Below, piece by piece: positions 1 to 12,627 of a stretch of 64,000 nucleotides of DNA. Position numbers and translations under genes: made by a program. Below the pieces are notes generated by a model. The model was given only the letters and a program-made list of their open reading frames with translations, searched no databases and had not been told where the DNA came from. Source of the stretch: Octopus sinensis. Its lineage: Eukaryota. The DNA lies in the NCBI RefSeq assembly GCF_006345805.1, contig NW_021835979.1, positions 1-64,000 of the forward strand, read 5' to 3'. Numbering within the stretch: the first letter of the stretch is position 1; the number at the start of each line of letters is the position of its first letter.

Positions 1-63
1 GTGTGCCTTGGGTATGTGCTGTGGTTTTTTTTGTGCGCTTGAGGTACTGTATTGAAAGTGTTC

Positions 64-121
64 TTCTTCTTCTCTTCTTCTTCTTCTTCTTCTTCTTCTT
101 CTTCTTCTTCTTCTCTTCTTC

Positions 122-162
<41 letters not shown>

Positions 163-198
163 TATTATTATTATTTTTATTTATTATTATTATTATTA
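64..198. repeat. (TTC)n then (TTA)n microsatellite
   Basis: Direct: pure trinucleotide runs; ORFs over them are spurious. Confidence 0.95.
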
Positions 199-800
199 GT
201 TTCATTAGCATCTTTCACTTCGTTTCCATTACTGCCGAGTGTCTTCCCGACACCTATGGCAGAGAAACGTATGTATACATTGGTAGTCCATTAAAACAAA
301 CAGATTGTTCACTTACGGAGTCATGTGATAGAGAAAAGGGAAAGATAGAGAGAAAAAGGAAAAAATAAAAATAGAAAAGTAAACAAATAAAATAAAGGGG
401 AAAATAAAGGGCAAAGGAAAGAAAATACCCAGCGACAATGCTCTTCTCAATACGCGTGACGTACCAGTTAAGACAATTTTTGGCACTTCCTGCATGGATG
501 GTAATCCAGGGATCATTCTCAAATAATTTTCAGTTCCTTTTTTGATCATCCCAAGTGCTCCTACAATCACTGGTATTGTAACCGTCTTGAGATGCCACAT
601 CATTTCGATTTCGATTAGCAAATCTTTATATTTTCTGAGCTTATCAAATTCTTTTGCCGAGATATTATGGTCACAGGGTATGCCCATGTCAATCAATAAA
701 CAGACTTTATTGCTTTCGTCTTTCACAACATCTGGTTTATTTGCCTTGATGATCCGGTCTGTACATACTGGGAAGTCCCAAAGAATAGTTACATTTTCTT
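199..800 (-). mobile_element. 5'-truncated RLE-type non-LTR retrotransposon (R4/Dong-like), copy 1
   Basis: Minus translation ENVTILWDFPVCTDRIIKANKPDVVMKDESNKVCLLIDMGIP..KYKDL..VIVGALG..RVLRRALSL = restriction-like endonuclease C-terminus; probable 3' UTR at about 199-330 runs into (TAA)n. Confidence 0.85.
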
Positions 801-815
801 ATTATTATATTATTA

Positions 816-867
<52 letters not shown>
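801..867. repeat. (TTA)n microsatellite separating the two RLE elements
   Basis: Direct. Confidence 0.95.
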
Positions 868-1540
868 GCACAACTTCTATCGCTGGAGATGTACTACGGT
901 GTCAACTTTTCACTACCAGTGCACTAAGGTAACACCTCATATTTTCGAGCACATTCCGGAGTATTCGAGCGGTTCCAAGCAGTGCTGTTTTCTGCAAATG
1001 CTCCACCCTTATTCCAGACCCTTTTTGTTCCACGTACTTCTCGAGATTTTTGTTCACTGTTCCCAGGGCTCCGACAATTATTGGTACTACTGCTACCTTT
1101 TTCATCGACCACAACTGCTTAACTTACCAAGCTAACCTGTCATATCTCGCAACTTTTCTTTCTTCCTTATTGCATACCTTGTTGTCAGCTGGGCATGCTA
1201 TATCTATGCTCCAGCATAGTTTGTTTTCTTTCTCAATTAAGACTATGTCTGGTTTCCTAGTCTCTTTCTCATGGTCGCACTGAATCATAAAATCCCATAG
1301 GATCTTTGCATTTCTATCTTCGACGATGCCTTCAGGTTTGTGGTCGCACCAATTTTTTACTCTGTCAAGTCCGTACTTGTTGCAAATTGTCCAATGGACA
1401 AGCCTGGCTATATTGTTGTGGCGTCTCTTATATTCCTTCTGCACTTATCACTTTCTGCTGTGTTGTCTATTCTGTATTTTATGTAGTTAGTTCTTAGTGC
1501 TTGTTCATAGGCAGCTCAGATTAGAGTCTCCGTTTCCGTT
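868..1540 (-). mobile_element. 5'-truncated RLE-type non-LTR retrotransposon (R4/Dong-like), copy 2
   Basis: EQALRTNYIKYRID..DKCR, QKEYKRRHNNIARLVHW, ILWDF, KPDIVLIEK..IDIACP, IIVGALG, TALLGTARILRNVLE; frameshifted; zinc knuckle deleted; 3' UTR ends in (TAA)n. Confidence 0.9.
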
Positions 1541-1542
1541 TC

Positions 1543-2068
1543 GTACTGGGGTCGATTTGGTTGACTACCCTTCAAGGCGGTGCCCCAAAATGCCACAGCT
1601 TAATGACTGAAACAAGTAAAAGTAAAAAATAAAGATTAGGCGTGGCTGTTTGGTAAGAGGTTTGCTTCCCAACCACATGGTTGCGGGTTCAGTTCCACTG
1701 TGTGGCACCTTAGGCAAGTGTCTTCTACTTTAGCTTTGGGCGGATTAGCTTTGTGAGTGGATTTGGTATACGGAAACTGAAAGAAGCCAGTCGTATATAT
1801 GTATGTGTGTGCGTGTGTGTGTGTTTGTCCCTCTCCTCTCACTTGACAACAGATTTTAGTGTTTACGTTCCCGTAATTAACGGTTCGGCAAAAGAGTAGG
1901 TATACGGAAACTGAAAGAAGCATCCCCCATTGTTTGATAACTGGTTTTAGTGTGTTTAGGTCCGCGTAACTTCGGCAAAAGTGTAGAGCCGAATAAATAT
2001 CAGGCTTAAAAGGGAAGTACTGGGGTCCATTCATTCGACAAAAAATTCAAAGTGGTGCCCCACTGAAA
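1543..2068 (+). mobile_element. SINE group B (tRNA head, CORE-like centre): a 3' fragment plus a rearranged copy
   Basis: ggcgtggctgtttggtaag..ggcaccttaggcaagtgtcttc..gactgaaacaagtaaaag, shared with many copies in the window. Confidence 0.8.
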
Positions 2069-2669
2069 GATGTAAAAGCTGAAAATATTATGACAGAACA
2101 TGCACAAAGACAATAAATTTTTAAGGAAATGGCGGCGTTGAAAAACCAACGTTTATATATTTCTTTTTGAATTGACTAAATAAAAGACTTAAGGAATATT
2201 TCAGAAAGTTTTGATGCGGAGACTGCTTAAACACGCAGTCATGTGGCAGTCGTGTGGAATAAAGAAGGTTTTAAAAATACCACCTCAGAAACGTTCTCTG
2301 TCATTGTGAATCAACGAAACGAGTAGCGTAGTTTCCACATGAGCAGTTTTATTTGTTCAGATAAAACCAGATGAATTTCTTTCAAAGATTCTCTCCAAAG
2401 ATTTGAATGTTGGCCAAACAAAACTTACTTTGAGTGAAAAAGAGATGAAGTAAATAATTTTTCAATAAAATTTCTGAATTTTTAGTTAATAGCTTTTTGT
2501 TACGGAGATTGATTTTCTGAAGTTATAAATGAACTGGAATATTTAAATGATGTCTATGAGAGAGGCATGAATATCACCTAAACTCCTCCATGTGTTATTA
2601 TAACAACTTGCTCTCATTTTCTGTTGTTCTTTTTTTGGTGTTCTCTCTTTCGTTTCAAAGGAAAGAGTA

Positions 2670-3260
2670 GAAAAAAGAGAGAGAGAGAAAGAAAGAAAGA
2701 GAAAGAAAAGAAGAAAGAGAAAGAGGAAGAGAGAGGAGAAAGAGAAAGAGAAGAGAGAAAGGAAAGAGAAAGAAAAGAGAGAGAGAGAGAAAGAAGAGGG
2801 AGAGAGAGAAAAGAAAGAGAAAGAAAAGTGAGAAAGAGAAAGGGAAAGAGAGAGAGAGGAAAGGAAAGAGAAAGAAAAAAGTAGAGAGAGAGAGAAGAGA
2901 GAGGAGAGAGAAAGGAGAGAAGAGAGAAAGAGAAAGAGAGGGCAGCAGGGAGAAAAGGAAAGAGAGAAAGAGGAGAAAAGAAACGAGGAGAGGAAAAGAG
3001 AAAGAAAGAGAGAGAATAATAATTTAGTAAATAAGTAAAAAATAAAAGGGGAGAAAGAGTACGGAGATGAAAGAAATGTGTAAAAGAGGAGAGGTAGAGA
3101 TAAAGAAAGAAAGAAAAGAAAAAACAACGAAAAGTGGGAAGGAAAGAAAAGAAAAAGTAAAGAAGGATGATAGAAAAGAAAGTGAGACAGACAGAGAAGA
3201 AAAGAAATAACAAAATGGATGAATGAAAAGGAAGAGAAGAGAAGAAGCAGCGGGAAAAAA
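2670..3260. repeat. Purine-rich (GA/AAAG) low-complexity tract
   Basis: Direct; explains ORFs 2543-3213. Confidence 0.9.
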
Positions 3261-3840
3261 AAAAGAATAAGTAAAAAAGACAGGAAGTTAAGGGAGGGAA
3301 GAGGAATAAGCTAATAGCTGCAAAGAGCGAAAGAAAACGAGCGGAAAAAAAAAAAAAGTGTGGGTCGTGGGTGGAAACTGGGTTTTGCGTACATTCTGGC
3401 CATTTCCTTAAAATTTGATTTACACTTCTTAGGTTCTCTTTTATTCAATTTTATTTTATTTTCATTAAATAATCCTTATATTTAAAGTTTATTGCTCTTT
3501 TATGGAAAAGAACGGATGACATTAATTGAAGCGACGCGTGTTGCTCTTTGCTTGCGCTTTCATATACTGTTTAAGGTTTTCGTTTCATATTCTCTACTGT
3601 TTTATTTTACACGAGAACCGTTGATTGATACTTAAGACACGCCTATTTTACAGACTTCAAAAATTGCCTATCATTCTACAAACAAACGCATATGCATATC
3701 TACGAATGTATACGCTGATGTATGTATGCAGTAATATACATACACACATAAATCTATGCACACACACACACACACACATACATATAGATGCATATATTGA
3801 CACACATTTTCACAACAATATTTAAAATATGCATCAATAA

Positions 3841-3990
3841 CTCTTTTTACTCTTTTACTCTTTTACGTGTTTCAGTCATTTGACTGCGGCCATGCTGGAG
3901 CACCACCTTTAGTCGAGCAAATCAACCTCGGGACTTATTCTTTGTAATCCCAGTACTTATTCTATCGGTCTCTTTTGCCGAACCGCTAAG
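3841..3990 (-). mobile_element. SINE group B 3' fragment
   Basis: tttcagtcatttgactgcggccatgctggagcacc matches B tail. Confidence 0.85.
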
Positions 3991-4249
3991 CATATTTTAT
4001 TCATAAATTTTTGAAAACAAAACATGTGCCTATCAATCCATCTAACCAATCAACCATTCATCCATCTACGGATGCGCGTATACATGTATATACAAATGCG
4101 TATATATTCATAGTTTCGTACGTGTATGTATATGAATATACGCAAACTGAGGTTCGTTTATATTTGAACTTCTTTGCAAGACGTTTGTTTCTTAGTTCAA
4201 AATTTGCTAAATTCTTCCTTAATATAACAATAACAAACACATATGTATG

Positions 4250-4507
4250 CGTCCATCCGTCCGTCCGTCCGTCCATCCATCCATCCATCCATCCATCCAT
4301 CCATCCATCCATCCATCCATCCATCCATCAATCCATTCATCCATCCATCAGACTATCTTCCTTCATCTTTCGAAACACGTATATATAAACATGCATGCAC
4401 ACAAGCATACACTTTTGAAAGCAAACCTACTACCGTTCTCAGTCTGTCTGTCTGTCTATCTGTCTGTCTGTCTGTCTATCTGTCTGTCTGTCTCTCTATA
4501 TATATAT

Positions 4508-4559
<52 letters not shown>

Positions 4560-4580
4560 TATATACACACACACACACAC
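4250..4580. repeat. Compound microsatellite (CCGT)(CCAT)(CTGT)(TA)(GA)(CA)
   Basis: Direct. Confidence 0.9.
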
Positions 4581-4581
4581 T

Positions 4582-5097
4582 CGAGGGGGTGCTGAAAAGT
4601 ACCTGGTTTTAAGGGTATGGTGAAAATCCTGGCTGGAAGTCCAACGTTACTAGTTCTTTTACATGGCTTACAAAAACTGAAGCACCGCTGCAATAAGTGT
4701 GTCAATCTGAGAAGGGAATATCTATATATATAAAAGAGAGGTTGTGTGCTGTCTGTCTCCTACGATTTAGATTCCTAACTACTCCCAAATTTTGCGGTGC
4801 AGTTTAACCAAAACCGGGTATCTTATAGTCGTAATTCATATCGAGCCCTTCTGGGTATTAGCGCGCGTCTACGATGAGTCTACGATTTAAAAAAAAATTT
4901 ACCATCATATTTTTTCCATTTGTAATGCATTTTTTTGCTATTTTTCGGCTGTAACTCTCTAAAAATGCTTTATAGTTATTTCCCTTACAAATCCGAGCAA
5001 CGCCGGGCGATACTGCTAGTTTTGAATAAAATAATGATTAACTGATCCTCCAGTATTTTCTTTTACTCAAAGCCAAGAACTTTTCAGCACTCCCTCG
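4582..5097 (+). mobile_element. Non-autonomous mariner derivative interrupted by a Helitron
   Basis: TIRs cgagggggtgctgaaaagtacctggtttt / aaagccaagaacttttcagcactccctcg followed by TA; retains transposase C-terminus LQKLKHRCNKCVNLRREYFE* once the Helitron is removed. Confidence 0.85.
4721..5019 (+). mobile_element. Non-autonomous Helitron, copy 1
   Basis: A|TC start, subterminal hairpin ccgagcaacgccggg, CTAG|T end, no TSD; homologous to 47361-47757. Confidence 0.9.
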
Positions 5098-5302
5098 TAT
5101 GCGCGTGTGTGTGTCTGTGTGAATATGTGACACATACATGACCCACTATATATAGGTATATAATACTTTCTTAAACATACGAAATACATCACCTAAACAC
5201 CTCCATCCGTTATTGTAACAACTTGCTCTCCTTTTCCGTCGTTCTTTTTTGCTGTTCTTTCTTTCGTTTCAAAGGAAAGAGAAGATAGAAAAAGAAGGAA
5301 AT

Positions 5303-5712
5303 AGGCGCAGGAGTGGCGTGTGTGGTAAGTAGCTTGCTAACCAGCCACATGGTTCCGGGTTCAGTCCCACTGTGGACACCTGGGGCAAGTGTCTTTGGCT
5401 ATAGCCCGGGCCGACCAATGCCTTGTGAGTGGATTGGGTAGACGGAAACTGAAAGAAGCCTGTCGTATATATGTATATATATATATGTGGGTGTGTGTTT
5501 GTGTGTCTGTGCTTGTCCCCCTAGCATTGCTTGACAACCGATGCTGGTGTGTTTACGTCCCCGTAACTTAGCAGTTCGGCAAAAGAGACCGATAGAATAA
5601 GTACTGGGCTTACAAAGAATAAGTTCCGGGGTCGATTTGCTCGACTAAAGGTGGTGCTCCAGCATGGCCGCAGTCAAATGACTGAAACAAGTAAAAGAGT
5701 AAAGAGAAAGAG
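5303..5712 (+). mobile_element. SINE group B, near full length
   Basis: Head ggcgcaggagtggc..ggttccgggttcagtccc, CORE-like cctggggcaagtgtc, (AAGAGT)-type tail. Confidence 0.9.
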
Positions 5713-5999
5713 AATGCTCGCCCACACACATACATAAACACCCAAACACACACGAATACACTCAAATATGCACACATACAATAGAACTGACTTTTGAAAA
5801 TGTGTTCAATATGCAAATTAATTTAATTAAATCAAAAACTGTAAAACAGTAACAATAAATAGTATTTCACTGCGACATTAATGTGTAGAATATTTGATTG
5901 CTGATGAAATAAAAATGGCGTCAACCACTCGAACCTTCTTTTATTGTTCTCGATGAGGCGGTACAATAAACGAAAGAGACCTTTACCACTGTCCCATAT

Positions 6000-6230
6000 T
6001 CTTTTATTCTTTTATTCTTTTACTTGTTTCAGTCATTTGACAGCAGTCATGCTGGAGCACCGCCTTAAAGGTTGTTAGTCGAAGAAATCGACAACAGGAC
6101 TTATTCTTTGTAAGCCTAGTACTTATTCTATAGGTCTCTTTTACCGAACCGCTTTGTTACGAGGGGCTTAATAAACACACCAACATCGGGTGTCAAGCGA
6201 TGGCAGGGGGACAAACACACACACATACAC
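6000..6230 (-). mobile_element. SINE group B 3' half
   Basis: Homology to 5500-5712. Confidence 0.85.
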
Positions 6231-6500
6231 AGACAAATTTTAATTAAGTACTTTATATGCTGAATTAATATATAAAAGACATTTAGAACCATGATGCATT
6301 TATCCAATGATTTAATCGTTGCGAATCAAACATTTTATTATAATTATTTGTTAATATTTCTAATATAATGCAAAGTCATTGCAACATTATTTTATGGAGG
6401 CATTGAAAGGCTGTTGTTTATTCAACTAAATCTTGTTGTATAGATGACTTACAGGCTAAGGTAACTAATATGATTTAGGGTATAAATTATATATAAGTCA

Positions 6501-6820
6501 GTGGAGGCGCAATGGCCCAGTGGTTAGGGCAGCGGACTCGCGGTCATAGGATCGCGGTTTCGATTCCCAGACCGGGCGTTGTGAGTGTTTATTGAGCGAA
6601 AACACCTAAAGCTCCACGAGGCTCCGGTGGTGATCCCTGCTGTACTCCTTCACCACAACTTTCTCTCACTCTTTCTTCCTGTTTCTGCTGTACCTGTATT
6701 TCAAAGGGTACACGTGTCTGTGGAGTGCTCAGCCACTTACACGTTAATTTCACGAGCAGGCTGTTCCGTTGATTCGGATCAACCGGAACCCTCGTCGTCT
6801 TAACCGACGGAGTGCTTCCA
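6501..6820 (+). mobile_element. SINE group A (tRNA-Arg-like head), internally deleted
   Basis: A box tggcccagtgg, B box gtttcgattcc, end gacggagtgcttcca. Confidence 0.9.
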
Positions 6821-7160
6821 TATATAAATGTATTTGTATATCTATTTGTCAGTATATATTGTATGTCATTGCATGCTAGCTATGAATATGTGTATATGTG
6901 CATATACGATTCACTTCCTGGTTATCGTTTTAGAGTTAAGTTTGGTCGGTCACTTACTCGGTGGTAGTCTTATAAAGAAAATGCCTGTGGTCGTGTTATT
7001 TTCACCACCCTTTATGCAACCATTCACACTTTAAATTTTAAATTCTTGTAGATTTTTGTTGCCCCAGCTATCGTGATCATCTATACAACATAATTTATGA
7101 AGCTACGTTCCTTTTTCAAGGATCCAACTTCATCCAAACTCTGATTCAGGTTGGTTTGTA

Positions 7161-8409
7161 TTAGGTCGGCAAGTATGAAATGTGAAGTAAGGTATATGGG
7201 AAACTTTGACAGCTGCTCATTTTGCGCCATTATTATATTTTAACAAACTTTATTTTTTTGTTAGAAAGCTGACACATCTATTTCTTTATTCTAACCCATT
7301 TTGCGATTTATAAAGTATTTATAAATCGTTTTTTGCTATTTTTGTTTGGAGATGGATAAATCGGAAATTCGTACAGTTTTGAAATTTGAGTTCTTTCTTG
7401 GAAATACAGCATCACAGATAGCTCGCGGAGTATTAATGGAATATTTCCTTCTAATGTTATTACACAGCAGACAGTATCACATTGGTTTGCAAAATTTCTT
7501 TCTGGTAATTTTGACCTCACAAATGAGCAACGCGGTCGACCAGGAACAAAGGTGGATAATGACGAACTGAAAGCCACCGTCGAGTCAGATCTATCTCAAT
7601 GTGCCCGTGAATTATCGTTGTTGTTTGGTGTTAGCAAACACCTAGTTCAAATCGGTGACGCGAAAAAGTTGGATAAGTGGGTTCCACATGGACTCAATGA
7701 AAATCAGAAACAGCAACGTTTGGAAGCCTGCGTTACGCTATTTTCTCGTCACAAAAATGAATAATATTTGAATCGAATTGTAACATGTGATGAGAAATGG
7801 ATCCAATACAACAGCCGTAAACGTTCAGCACAATGGTTGGACAAAGACGAACCACCAAAACACAGTCTAAAAAGCAAAATTCATCAAAAGAAGCTGATGG
7901 TGTGTGTTTGGTGGTCTGGCGCAGGTGTGATCCATTATGATTTCATTAAACCTGGCTCATCAATAACAGCCGAAGTATACTGCAGCCAACTGGACCAAAT
8001 GATGCAGAAACTTACAAACCCCCCCCCCAAAAAAAAACCCAGCCTAGATTATCAACAGATCCACACTTCGCAAAAATGACATTGGCGAAACTACAGGAGT
8101 TGAAGTTGGAAGTTCTACATCATCCACCATACTCCCTTGATCTTGCCCTCACTGACTACCACTTCTTCCAGAATTTGGATAACTTTTTCATAGGAAAAAT
8201 TTTTAATTCCGACGATGCTGTAAAACAGGCCTTCCAAGAGTTTATTGTTCCAGGCTTTTACAGTTTCGAGTTGGACAATCTACCGCTGAAATGGCAAAAG
8301 TGTATTGACAATATTGGTACATACTTTGATGAATAAAAGTATTCCTTGTATTTATAAAACATTAGCAAACTTTTTTACGTTTCTACAAATGTCATACTTG
8401 ACGGCGTAA
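7161..8409 (+). mobile_element. Full-length but dead mariner (DD34D) transposon, about 1.25 kb
   Basis: TA-flanked degenerate TIRs ttaggtcggcaagtatgaaatgtg / caaatgtcatacttgacggcgtaa; motifs WVPH, IVTCDEKW, MVCVWW, HPPYSLDLALTDY; several frameshifts and loss of the second catalytic D motif. Confidence 0.95.
7346..8336 (+). pseudogene. mariner transposase pseudogene
   Basis: Four broken ORFs (7346, 7552, 7768, 8076) covering HTH and DDD domains. Confidence 0.95.
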
Positions 8410-8443
8410 TATATATCCTATAACTCCAATAATATTCTACGTA

Positions 8444-8829
8444 GTGGAGGCGCAATGGCCCAGTGGTTAGGGCAGTGAACTCGCGGTCATAGGATCGCGG
8501 TTGCGATTCCCAGACCGGGCGTTGTGAGTGTTTATTGAGCGAAAACACCTAAAAAGCTCCACGAGGCTCCGGCAGGGATGGTGGTGATCCCTGCTGTACT
8601 CTTTCGCCACAACTTTCTCTCATTCTTACTTCCTGTTTCTGTTGTACCTGTATTTCAAGGGGCCGGCCTTGTCACTCTCTGTGTCACGCTGAATATCCCC
8701 GAGAACTATGTTAGGGGTGCACGTGTCTGTGGAGTGCTCAGCCACTTGCACGTTAATTTCACGAGCAGGCTGTTCCGTTGATTCGGATCAACCGGAACCC
8801 TCGTCGTCGTAACCGACGGAGTGCTTCCA
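8444..8829 (+). mobile_element. SINE group A, full length
   Basis: TSD attctacgta (8434-8443 / 8829-8838). Confidence 0.95.
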
Positions 8830-9112
8830 TTCTACGTAAAGCTAAGCGTATATTTTGGAGGATTGGATTTGCAGACTCCTCGTCACAGACTCATAGATAT
8901 TTTCTTCCTGTATTTTTCTCACCTCACTGAAATCAATTAGGCAGCTGACTTTCACAACAAATCATACTTTTAACCTGTATATCCAAACAACAATACCAGG
9001 TCGATTGTATTTTGATTTGGTTGATTTAGTTTGCGGTAATTTTCTTTCCATCTACTGTCCTCGATATATCTATCTTTACACGTATGTTTATATATATATA
9101 TATATTATATAT

Positions 9113-9382
9113 ATATATATTGCTATATTTCGGAATGGTCATATTGCCATTTTAGTCAATAAAAACACACGCACTATATATTTGGTGTTATTTTGCTTCA
9201 GTGTTATTTATTTTTTACATTAGTCTTAATCTTATTTCGGCCAGAGTTCTTTCGTCACACTCCTGTGACCGCATCAGTGGTCCTTTGTTTTCTTATTTGT
9301 GTCTCTCCTTACTAACCATCAGCCATTTTGTATTTTTATTGGCTAAACTGGCAATGTGACCATTCCGAAATATAACAATATC
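9113..9382 (-). mobile_element. Small inverted-repeat-bounded element with hammerhead-like core (Penelope pLTR-like)
   Basis: About 55-bp inverted arms 9113-9168 / 9325-9382, (TA)n both sides, homologous to 59420-59590. Confidence 0.6.
9239..9283 (-). ncRNA. Decayed type I hammerhead-like motif (A9>C)
   Basis: GGACCA CUGAUGC G GUCAC-AGGAGU-GUGAC GAAAG AA CUC UGGCC. Confidence 0.55.
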
Positions 9383-9429
9383 TGTTTCAACACACGACTT
9401 TACATAGAAAATCTTGCACAACAAAAATT

Positions 9430-9493
<64 letters not shown>

Positions 9494-9499
9494 TATATG

Positions 9500-9855
9500 C
9501 ACGGGACATGTCTTCAGAATGGCGGACCATCGCTTGCCAAAGATTGTACTCTATACTGTCAATATAGCAGTGCACTCATAAAGCGGTATACAAAGACATG
9601 CTAAAAAACGACTCTAACATCACCCCCACCACCATGTGGACCACCTAGGCTGCTGACCACAATGCTTGGCGCTGCACCATCCAGCAAGCTTCCAGAGCAT
9701 TTGAGGCATACCATCTTGTTAGCTGAGAAGAGAGAAGAGCCCGACGGAAGGGCTGAATCAAGGCGGAGTCAAGCACAGAGTAAACATTTCCTTGTGGCTG
9801 CTGTGGGCGGACCTCTCGGCCTCGGATCAGTTACATCAGTCACTAGCAAGCATGC
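9500..9855 (+). mobile_element. RTE-clade LINE 3' fragment
   Basis: GHVFRMADHRLPKIVLY..KRYKD..AADHNAWR..TFPCGCCGR..SH; stops and frameshifts. Confidence 0.8.
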
Positions 9856-10079
9856 AAGTATGTATGTGTGAATGTTAATATTTGTATATATGTATGTACC
9901 TATGATAATTGGTATTCCAGCCGTGACCATCCCATCTTTTCTTATATACAATGAACCCACCATCACATTCTCAAAGACAACGGTAATTTTTGATTTGAGG
10001 AGATTTGGTTGCTTTGACTTGCAGTCCCAGCAACCATGTTGAGATTTTCTCTTGTAGTAAGTCCACATTACTCTGTAAG

Positions 10080-10265
10080 GAGCATAGAGCCATGAATATT
10101 TCATGCCATCTTCATTCGATCATGGGCTACCTCCTTGATTTCAGATCATGAGAAACCGATTGCTGTCGCTTCATCTTCCGCTCATTCTTTCAAGGTCTTC
10201 TTAGGTTGTCCAGTTCACTTCTTTCCTTCAGTGTGACCAATCCGACTCAACCCAATTTCCTTTTC
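10080..10265 (-). mobile_element. RTE-clade LINE 3' end (different subfamily)
   Basis: GKK*TGQPKKT..ATAIGFS*SEIKEVAHDR..ALCS-like terminus. Confidence 0.65.
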
Positions 10266-10432
10266 AGAATTTCTTGATTCATGGGAGTTTGCTTAAGCTA
10301 AAATTCCACATTCAAATCCAACAAATAGTGATTCTAACTAGCAACAACTACCAGGCCATCGATATGAAAAAAAAAATAATAAAAAAAAAAACGAAAGAAA
10401 AATATGCTGTCAAGCGAGTGATGGTATTCTTT

Positions 10433-10665
10433 GGCGGCGAGCTGGCAGAAACGTTAGCACAGCGGGCGAAATGCTTGGCGGTATTTCGTCTGCCGTTACG
10501 TTCTGAGTTCAAATTCCGCCGAGGTCGACTTTGCCTTTCATCCTTTCGGGGTCGATTAAATAAGTACCAGTTACGCACTGGGGTCGATGTAATCGACTTA
10601 ATCCGTTTGTCTGTCCTTGTTTGTTCCTTCTGTGTTTAGCCCCTGGGGGGTAGTAAAGAAATCGG
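10433..10665 (+). mobile_element. SINE group C (tRNA head, Nin/Deu-like domain), monomer
   Basis: ggcggcgagctggcagaaacgttagc..gtcgactttgcctttcatcctttcggggtcg..aaagaaat. Confidence 0.9.
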
Positions 10666-11039
10666 CATTCTTTGGCAGATTGTTTTAACGAAGCATGATA
10701 TAGATACTTTTTCGGTACTCCTTTCTTTGGCCCAATTGAATAACCATAATGGAGGGAGAGAGGGCAGCATCGGCTTTCGAATGGTTCTCATTTCAGTTGA
10801 ATCGACTGGAGCAATGGATATAACATGGCGTTAGATATAGGAATCATACGCACACTCTTATGACAAAGAGACCAATATCCTAACTATTAGACCACGTGTC
10901 TTCACTGGTGTTATCTCAACTGGATAACTACGTCTAGTAGTCGTCTTATTGTCTCTCTGTCTGCGTCCTACCTCTCTCTCTCTCTCTCGCTCTCTCTACG
11001 AGTCTGTCTGTATATCTATCTGTCTGTCTGTCCGTCTCT

Positions 11040-11460
<421 letters not shown>

Positions 11461-11859
11461 CTGTTCATATATCTATCTGTTAGTATATCTATGTCAGTCA
11501 GTGTGTCTGTATGACTGTCTGCGTATCTGTTTGTCTGTCTGTCTGTCCATCGATCGATCACTCCCTCTTACCCAATCTCTCTCTCTCACTCTATCTATTA
11601 ATCTATACGCATGTATACACATATATATTTGCACATATATAAACACAATGAAGATTTTACGCATATATATAAACGCATAAACACACACATTTACACATAC
11701 ACTCACTTACACACACAAACATGCACACACACGCACACACACACACACTCCCCGCCCCACAATGTTAATCGCTGCCAGCACTATCTCTACGTAAAATATT
11801 TTGGAGCGATTGTACTGCTGTATCCTTCTTCACACAAGGCGTCATATAAACCACCACCG

Positions 11860-11881
11860 CCGCCGCCATCACCACATCCTC

Positions 11882-11919
<38 letters not shown>

Positions 11920-12119
11920 AACAACAACAGCCACGACCACCACGACCTCGACCACCACGACCACCACCACCACTACCACCACTACCACCACCACCACTAC
12001 CACCAGCACCAGCACCACCACCACCACCAACAACAACAACAAAAACAACAACAGCCACGACCACCACGACCACGACCACCAGCACAACCACCACCACCAG
12101 TACCACCACCACCACCACC

Positions 12120-12151
<32 letters not shown>

Positions 12152-12412
12152 CAACAAAAACAAAAACAGCAACAGCCACGACCACCACGGTCACCTCCTT
12201 CACCGCAACCGCCCCCACCGCCGCCACCAGCAACAGCAGTAACAAGAAGAAGAGCAACACACCCACAACCGACAGGGATGATAAAAACAAAAAAACAGTA
12301 CAACAACCAATACAGCGCCGTCACCATCACCACCGCCGCCGCTATCGCCACCACCACCGCCGCTATCGCCACCACCACCACCACCACCACCAACTACAAC
12401 AACAATAGCAAC
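11860..12412. repeat. Compound trinucleotide array (CAC/CAA/CCG)
   Basis: Direct; source of poly-T/H/Q/V ORFs. Confidence 0.95.
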
Positions 12413-12594
12413 AACCCTAGCATGTTAATTAGAACAGTGTGTGAAAGACAATGATCCACCAGAGCAGGTAATCCCCATCATCTTCGTCCATAAAAGATGG
12501 TCGCCGAGAGAGAAACAGTCAATCCGTTAATGTATTCATAGAAAATTATAGCCATTGTTAATACCATAATTGTTACTAAGTTTTACTGATAGAC

Positions 12595-12627
<33 letters not shown>

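Noticed and set aside
6501-6575. tRNA-Arg-like sequence as a tRNA gene (and the other A, B, C, D heads)
   Set aside because: No proper acceptor stem or terminator; always fused to a SINE body with TSDs
8578-8781. Recurrent short ORF MVVIPAVLF.HNFLS..VPVFQ (about 12 copies) as a peptide gene family
   Set aside because: Incidental frame inside SINE A; indels vary freely between copies
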